Part shown: in pieces, positions 29,350-42,066 of the stretch | Layout of the letters: every line of letters starts with the position of its first letter | Numbering within the stretch: position 1 is the first letter of the stretch | Notes under the pieces: model-generated | Seen by the model: only the letters and a program-made list of their open reading frames with translations | Told to the model about the DNA's origin: nothing | The model's database searches: none | DNA from: a virus | IMG/VR virus record: IMGVR_UViG_3300041964_000076 | Coordinates: 65,498-107,563 of that record | Length of the DNA: 42,066 nucleotides | Reading direction: 5' to 3' (one strand) | Position numbers and translations under genes: made by a program

Positions 29350-30600
29350 CTAACCATTGCTACCAATCAACTCAAGCCGATGGAGGAATAGATCGACCAA
29401 GAGAGGTCGATCGCACAAAAGTCCTGATTCTTTCAGACTCTCGATCGCCTCTACAAGGTTCTCAACGTGGCAGAGGCATCTATCAACGAAGCGCCTGCTG
29501 TACTATCACCTAACACCGCTGCCGATTGATACCTGAGGCAAAAGCACATCTGATGCACTAGCAGGTTGGTTAAGTGGTCATCAAAGCTTTGGGTCATTTG
29601 CTGCTGGGGTGTAAGTAGACTCTAATTGCCATACCCAAGATTCGTCGTAATCATCCGAACCATCGCACTCGCCATAGTCGCACTCTAATTCCCAAAGTTG
29701 AACGGTATTACTAGAGGGAGAATAGGCGATCGCCTTAAAGTTGTTGTATTCAATGACTACGGTATCGTCGCTGATAAGCTTTGAAAGCTCAACACAGCAA
29801 TACCTAACTAATGCAGACCACGCAGACTGCTTCTATGCTTAAGTCGATCAGGCGTGTCGTGTTTTGCATGATCAGCTATGTTATTTACCTGTAGCTCTCT
29901 GCAGCTAGCGTCACCAGCCTCAAGCGAGCGCCTTCTGCTTGCTTTCATCAATCGCTTCTTCTGCTCAGCCCCATTGGCAATCTTCATTTGAGCGCGCGCA
30001 ACTCGGCACCCAGATCGAAACCTTTAACCACATCAGTATCGCACTTGTACACCAAACCTCGTTCCTTATACACTGGAACTCTGACACTCGTATCGCGTAT
30101 GTCTTGTGAAGTCGTACACGCTCCGTCTTTCTGTGCTGGGTCTAAGCGCAGCATCTCCGCTCTCGGGCTGGACTGTCAGGCGCTATCTTAGGACGCTGAA
30201 GACAAAGTAATCTGTAGTAGCGCAAACCCATTCCATCCCTGTGACACCCTCCTTTGTTAAGGTGCATCGGCTGGGTTTTTGACCGGGGGAAAATAAATTG
30301 GCAGCGTTTTGTATTCAGGTGATAGTCATCAATCCTCGTTAACTTAAATTGTCGATCGGTCACTTCTTCAGGCAGGCAGCGCAGCCAACGTAGCGCTCGG
30401 TGGTAGATGTACGGTTTCATTGGTCTTCCCTGTTCCACCATGGCCATATATTGCGTTTACCTTGATCCTTGCCAATTCGCTAGCGTGTCATGTCCCAAAA
30501 GCACGGGTACGGGCAATGTTCTACCAATGATTCTTGGTTGTTTAATGCGTCTTTCGTTCGTCTAGAGCGGTCACTATCTTTTTCGATAGTACTATCATTT
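29350..30600 (-). other. progressively degraded copies of the four genes at 37810-39028
   Basis: reverse complement aligns by eye to 37810-39028, with error density rising beyond about 29800. Confidence 0.85.
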
Positions 30601-30699
30601 ATTTTTTTTTCAAAAACACTTTATTTATAGAGTTAACGGCCGCTTTGAAACCTCCGCCGGTAGATTTGAAGCGTAGGTTCATGGCTGCTTGATTTCCAG

Positions 30700-37730
<7,031 letters not shown>

Positions 37731-37809
37731 AGACCACATCATAGCAAGCCATGAACATGCTAGTACGCTTCAAATCTAGCCACTGTGGTTTCAAAATTCG
37801 GCGTTACTA

Positions 37810-38094
37810 TTGATAAATGACATTAGCTATCGAAAAATGATAGTGACTAACTCTAGACGACGAAAGACAGGCATTAAACAACCGAATATCATTGGTAGAA
37901 ACATTGCCCGTACCCGTGCTTTTTGGGACATGACACAGCAAGAATTGGCAGATGGTATCAAGGTAAACGTGCAATATATTGCCAGGGTGGAACAGGGAAG
38001 AACCCAACTGAAAGCCGAACATCTACCACCGATCGCCCGTTTGCTGCGCTGCCTGCCTGAAGAATTGACCGATCGGCATTTAACGGAGGATTGA
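37810..38094 (+). CDS. XRE-family HTH transcriptional regulator
   Basis: IGRNIARTR...MTQQELADGIKVNVQYIARVEQG...IARLL. Confidence 0.85.
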   Translation: MINDISYRKMIVTNSRRRKTGIKQPNIIGRNIARTRAFWDMTQQELADGIKVNVQYIARVEQGRTQLKAEHLPPIARLLRCLPEELTDRHLTED

Positions 38095-38495
38095 TGACTA
38101 TCACCTGGGAATACAAAACGCTGCCAGATTTATTTTCCCCCTGCAACCCAGCCGATCGCCTGAACAAGGAGGGTTCACAGGGATGGGAATTGGTTTGCGC
38201 TACTACAGATTACTTCGTCTTTAAGCGCCCTAAGATAGTGCCTGACAGCCAACCAGAACCGGAAGAAGCTGCGTTAGACCCTGCACAAGAAAACTTAGTG
38301 TGTGTAGCCACTTACGAAGGACAACCGATTCAAGTTTTTGAGCTAATGCGTGATGGTGTTTGCATAGCCTATAAGTGGTTTGCCGGTGCCGATGTTGCTA
38401 GCGCTCAAATGAAAATTGTCTTTGTGGCTAGCCCTTTGGAAGCATTAAAGCAAGCAAAAAAGGCGATCGACGAGGCTTTGGCAGCGCGTGGTTAA
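38091..38495 (+). CDS. protein with N-terminal DUF4177-like domain
   Basis: WEYKTL...LNKEGSQGWELV...FVFKRP. Confidence 0.7.
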   Translation: MMTITWEYKTLPDLFSPCNPADRLNKEGSQGWELVCATTDYFVFKRPKIVPDSQPEPEEAALDPAQENLVCVATYEGQPIQVFELMRDGVCIAYKWFAGADVASAQMKIVFVASPLEALKQAKKAIDEALAARG

Positions 38496-38796
38496 ACTAA
38501 CAAAAGCTGATATTGCAAAACTCACGCCTATCGACTTAAGCATAGAAGAAAAGTCTTCGTGGTCTTCATTCTTAGGTATTGCTGTTGAGCTTTCAAAGCT
38601 TATCAGCGACGATGCCGTAGTCATTGAATACAACAACTTTAAGGCGATCGCCTATTCTCCCTCTAGTAATACCGTTCAACTTTGGGAATTAGAGTGCGAC
38701 TATGGCGAGTGCGATGGTTCGGATGATTACGACGAATCTTGGGTATGGCAATTAGAGTCTACTTACACCCCAGCAGCAAATGACCCAAAGCTTTGA
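38488..38796 (+). CDS. hypothetical protein
   Basis: 102-aa ORF overlapping both neighbours. Confidence 0.55.
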   Translation: MVKLTKADIAKLTPIDLSIEEKSSWSSFLGIAVELSKLISDDAVVIEYNNFKAIAYSPSSNTVQLWELECDYGECDGSDDYDESWVWQLESTYTPAANDPKL

Positions 38797-39028
38797 TGAC
38801 CACTTAACCAACCTGCTAGTGCATCAGATGTGCTTTTGCCTCAGGTATCAATCGGCAGCGGTGTTAGGTGATAGTACAGCAGGCGCTTCGTTGATAGATG
38901 CCTCTGCCACGTTGAAGAACCTTGTAGAGGCGATCGAGAGCCTGAAAGAATCAGGACTTTGTGCGATCGACCTTCTCTTGGTCGATCTATTCCTCCATCG
39001 GCTTGAGTTGATTGGTAGCAATGGTTAG
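38780..39028 (+). CDS. hypothetical protein
   Basis: 82-aa ORF upstream of terS. Confidence 0.5.
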   Translation: MTQSFDDHLTNLLVHQMCFCLRYQSAAVLGDSTAGASLIDASATLKNLVEAIESLKESGLCAIDLLLVDLFLHRLELIGSNG

Positions 39029-39080
39029 CGCAAAGCTTTGTATCTAGGGCATGATTGGATAATGCGGCTTCTAAGGTTAA

Positions 39081-39729
39081 ATGGCTAAATCTAAGTACAC
39101 GCCTGAAAGAGTTCAGACAATTATTGACGCGATCGCTCAGTCTGGATCAGACCGTGCAGGGTGGCAAGCAGGCAAGATTAGTGAAGACACTTTTTACGAG
39201 TGGATGAAACGCTACTCCGAGTTTTCCGAGTCCGTTTCTAGAGCTAAGGATGAATATCGTGATACGTGCCCTGAAACATTAGTAAGGCAAGCTAAAAAGG
39301 CTTTTGCTGATTACCTTTTTGGGCGTATGGAGCGAGTCACTTATACCAAAGAAACGGGTATCAATGCACGGACTGGAGAACCCTACGAGAAAGAGATTAC
39401 TCAAAGAGTGCCAGTCGGTATTCCCAAAGTGGGCGATCGAGCGGGTGTTAGGCAAGCCCCTAGACATCCTTGAGGCTGTTCATACACTTTCAGAAGCGGG
39501 TGTTCTACCAAGATGGTTAGTACAGGCTGTAAGCGATGAAGTGGGCAACGCTAGAGAAGGGATTACAGAAGTATTTGCAGGAGTCATCCCCGATCGCGAC
39601 GATCGACGGATTAGACCTGGACTCTCTGAGGAAACAGCAGCAGCGATTAGAGCACACCTTTTGGGCATCCAGCCCGCCGATGCTCCTGCCGTACCAGCGT
39701 CGGTGGCTAGCCGATCAGAGCCTAATTAA
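39081..39729 (+). CDS. terS: terminase small subunit, second copy (indel near 39430)
   Basis: same protein as 28651..29298, split over two ORFs. Confidence 0.75.
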
Positions 39730-40993
39730 GATCGCAGAGAAGTCACGCCGGATTGGATTTAGCTGGGCAGATGCCGCTGACTCTGCACTAGAAGCAGCCA
39801 AAATAAACGGTGTGGATACTTTTTATATTGGCTACAACATTGAGATGGCGCAGCAGTACATCAAAGATGTAGCGTACTGGGCGAAAGCTTATCAGTTAAG
39901 TGTGAGCGATTTTGAAGAGTCCGTAATTGAAGAGAACGGTAGAAATATCTTCACCTACACCATTCATTTTTTGAGCGGTTACAAGGTTGCCGCATTGTCT
40001 TCCAGACCTGCCAACCTGAGATCTAAGAAGGGACGCTTACGGATTGATGAAGCGGCTTTTCATGAAGACTTAGCAGAACTGGTTAAGGCAGCTTTAGCAG
40101 TGGTGATGTGGGGAGGCTCGGTCGGCATTTGGAGCACCCACGATGGCGAAGACAATGATTTTAACAAGCTCATTGAAGCGATCAGGACTGGCGATCGTCA
40201 CTACAGTCATCATCGCGTTTCTTTGGATGATGCGCTCTCAGAAGGTTTTTATCAGCGTATCTGCTTAGTGCAGAATCAGGTTTGGACATTAGAAGGTGAA
40301 CTTGCATGGCGATCGCAGATGTACCAAGACTATGGCGATGCTGCTGACGAGGAGCTTGGCTGTATCCCTAAGAAGAAGCAGAATGGCGACTTGGTTTACC
40401 ATCGCTTCGATCGTGCCTTGAATACTTGTACAGATATTGTGCAGATGGGCGATCGCTTGCATATTGGTATGGACTTTAACGTGACAAACATGAACGCTGT
40501 TGTTCATGTCCTTCGCAACAATCAACCCCGTGCTGTTGATGTTTTGACAGGCATCGAAGACACGCCTGCCATGATTGCAGCAATCAAAAAACGTTACCCA
40601 CAGCATTTGTCCTTAATCTCAATTTACCCTGACGCTTCAGGGCAAAGTCGCAAATCAACTAATGCTGCTTCTTCTGATGTCGCTATGCTCAGGCAGGCAG
40701 GGTTTAAGGTTGTGGTTGATGGTTCCAACCCAGCAGTTAAAGATCGCATCAATGCCATGAACACAGCCTTTTGCAATCCTAACGGCGATCGTCCATATTT
40801 GGTCAACATTGCTACTTGCGAACCGTATGTAGAAGCGTTAGAAAAACAAGGCTGGAAGAATGGCGAACCTGACAAGTCGAAAGGTTTTGACCATCTACCA
40901 GATAGCGCGGGCTATTTCATTGCCAAACTACTACCAATCAAAACGCAACGTATTAACAGACCGATCGCCGCTGTTTCTTACGCCACTTATTAG
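39536..40993 (+). CDS. terL: terminase large subunit, second copy (intact, 485 aa)
   Basis: Walker A/B-like motifs and RNase H-like nuclease motifs. Confidence 0.93.
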   Translation: MKWATLEKGLQKYLQESSPIATIDGLDLDSLRKQQQRLEHTFWASSPPMLLPYQRRWLADQSLIKIAEKSRRIGFSWADAADSALEAAKINGVDTFYIGYNIEMAQQYIKDVAYWAKAYQLSVSDFEESVIEENGRNIFTYTIHFLSGYKVAALSSRPANLRSKKGRLRIDEAAFHEDLAELVKAALAVVMWGGSVGIWSTHDGEDNDFNKLIEAIRTGDRHYSHHRVSLDDALSEGFYQRICLVQNQVWTLEGELAWRSQMYQDYGDAADEELGCIPKKKQNGDLVYHRFDRALNTCTDIVQMGDRLHIGMDFNVTNMNAVVHVLRNNQPRAVDVLTGIEDTPAMIAAIKKRYPQHLSLISIYPDASGQSRKSTNAASSDVAMLRQAGFKVVVDGSNPAVKDRINAMNTAFCNPNGDRPYLVNIATCEPYVEALEKQGWKNGEPDKSKGFDHLPDSAGYFIAKLLPIKTQRINRPIAAVSYATY

Positions 40994-41013
40994 CACCAGA
41001 GTAAAATTACATC

Positions 41014-42066
41014 ATGAAGGCAAAAAAGTATTGGCGGAAGGACTGGAGACAAGAGAATCTAGATTTATATAACGGCGATCATTGGGATTTTTGGATTGGC
41101 CCCAAGGTTGACGAGAACGAACCTAACGCTCAAGAGTTTAATGCGGCAATCGAGCGGGTATTCCAAACAAACAACCTGATTCGCAACTGCATCGATCGCC
41201 ATGTCCGTGCGCTGATTGGTCGCTTCCCTAACTGGTTTTTTAAGGACGAAAGCGGCGATCGGGTGGAGGCTGACCCTAAAGAAGGTGATGAAGCAACGCC
41301 AAACTCAGCGGCAACTGAAGCCGAGTTATTGATACAGAGGTGGATCGATCGCATTCAGTCCTTGAGTCAAACTCAAGAAGCAGACATGGGCGATCCCTTT
41401 AAGAAAGCTGTCAAAGATTTAGCAGTGGCAGGTGAAGCATACCTGCGAATCTGGACTCCGAAGCGGTTTGAGAATGCCGATGATCCGATCCGGCGTGTTG
41501 CCATTCACTCGCCTGATATGGGGGCGATCGAGCTTATTTATGATGCTGATAAGTTTCTAGAGAAAATTTACTACCGCTACCAGATAGACAACGTTGACTA
41601 TATTGAATCTCAATTTATTGATGAGATAACAGGAGAGACTGTAATCCAGACTCTAGACTCAAATGAGAAACAGCTTTTAGATGATGAAGAGATCCGCTTG
41701 AATCTGGGGCGGGCGCTATACCGTTTATAAGATGTCAGCGCCATCGTTAATTACTCAATCAGCGAGAGACGCACAGAGCGCCGTTAACTTTGTCCTCACG
41801 ATGCTCATGCGGAATCTGGAACAGGCAGGGTTCTTAGAGCGAATCATCCTGGGCGCTCAACCACCGGGGCACTGGGATGATGTGAATGGTGTTAAGACTT
41901 TCGTGCCTGACAATAACTTTAAGATCGGTGTGGGTCAGACTGCCTTTATCCAGGGCACACCGAACTTTGATGCTGAAGATAATATAACGGGCTACTCTAA
42001 CCCCTCGGTAAATTATCGAGAGCCTGTGAACGTTGAAACGTTTGAGCGATCGCACGTTCTCGCCAC
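41014..42066 (+). CDS. portal protein, second copy (indel near 41710, 3'-truncated)
   Basis: homologous to 25766..27367. Confidence 0.85.

Larger units (their letters stand above)
26316..30690 (-). repeat. left arm of ~4.35-kb inverted duplication
   Basis: reverse complement of about 37740-42066. Confidence 0.95.
37740..42066 (+). repeat. right arm of inverted duplication (second haplotype)
   Basis: same gene order and proteins as 26316-30690, with patchy substitutions. Confidence 0.95.

Overview
Most of a temperate cyanophage genome (HIP1 octamer GCGATCGC is abundant; cyanobacterial-type thyX, DUF2811 and an XisF-like serine recombinase), in noisy long-read-quality sequence with many indel frameshifts. 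1-7663 (+): replication and nucleotide-metabolism genes (primase/helicase 3' end with an embedded ori-like repeat cluster, PAPS-reductase-like, NTP-pyrophosphatase-like, PD-(D/E)XK nuclease, thyX, small ORFs). 7661-9298: large serine recombinase (-) with an intact attP-like inverted repeat just upstream, so this looks like the non-integrated form. 9299-10433: HNH gene, candidate ~200-nt structured RNA and a small ORF. 10538-29298 (mostly -): virion module (terS, terL, portal, gpF-like, scaffold, decoration, major capsid, HhH protein, an inverted adaptor gene, several Thr/Gly/Ala-rich virion proteins) with two more HNH genes; no tape measure or tail tube is recognisable. About 30700-37730 is uninterpretable (random-like, then G-depleted/poly-C) and probably a base-calling artefact. 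About 37740-42066 is an inverted copy of 26316-~30690 that differs by patchy, mostly synonymous substitutions, i.e. a second haplotype. Most interesting: nuclease and accessory cassettes that appear to insert into gene 3' ends, supply a replacement end and leave the old end stranded downstream (gpF, pyrophosphatase-like gene, portal); a shared promoter-hairpin leader on three unrelated HNH genes; the candidate ncRNA near attP; and a terminase that looks chimeric (Mu-type ATPase plus non-Mu nuclease). Family assignments come from motif recognition, not database searches.
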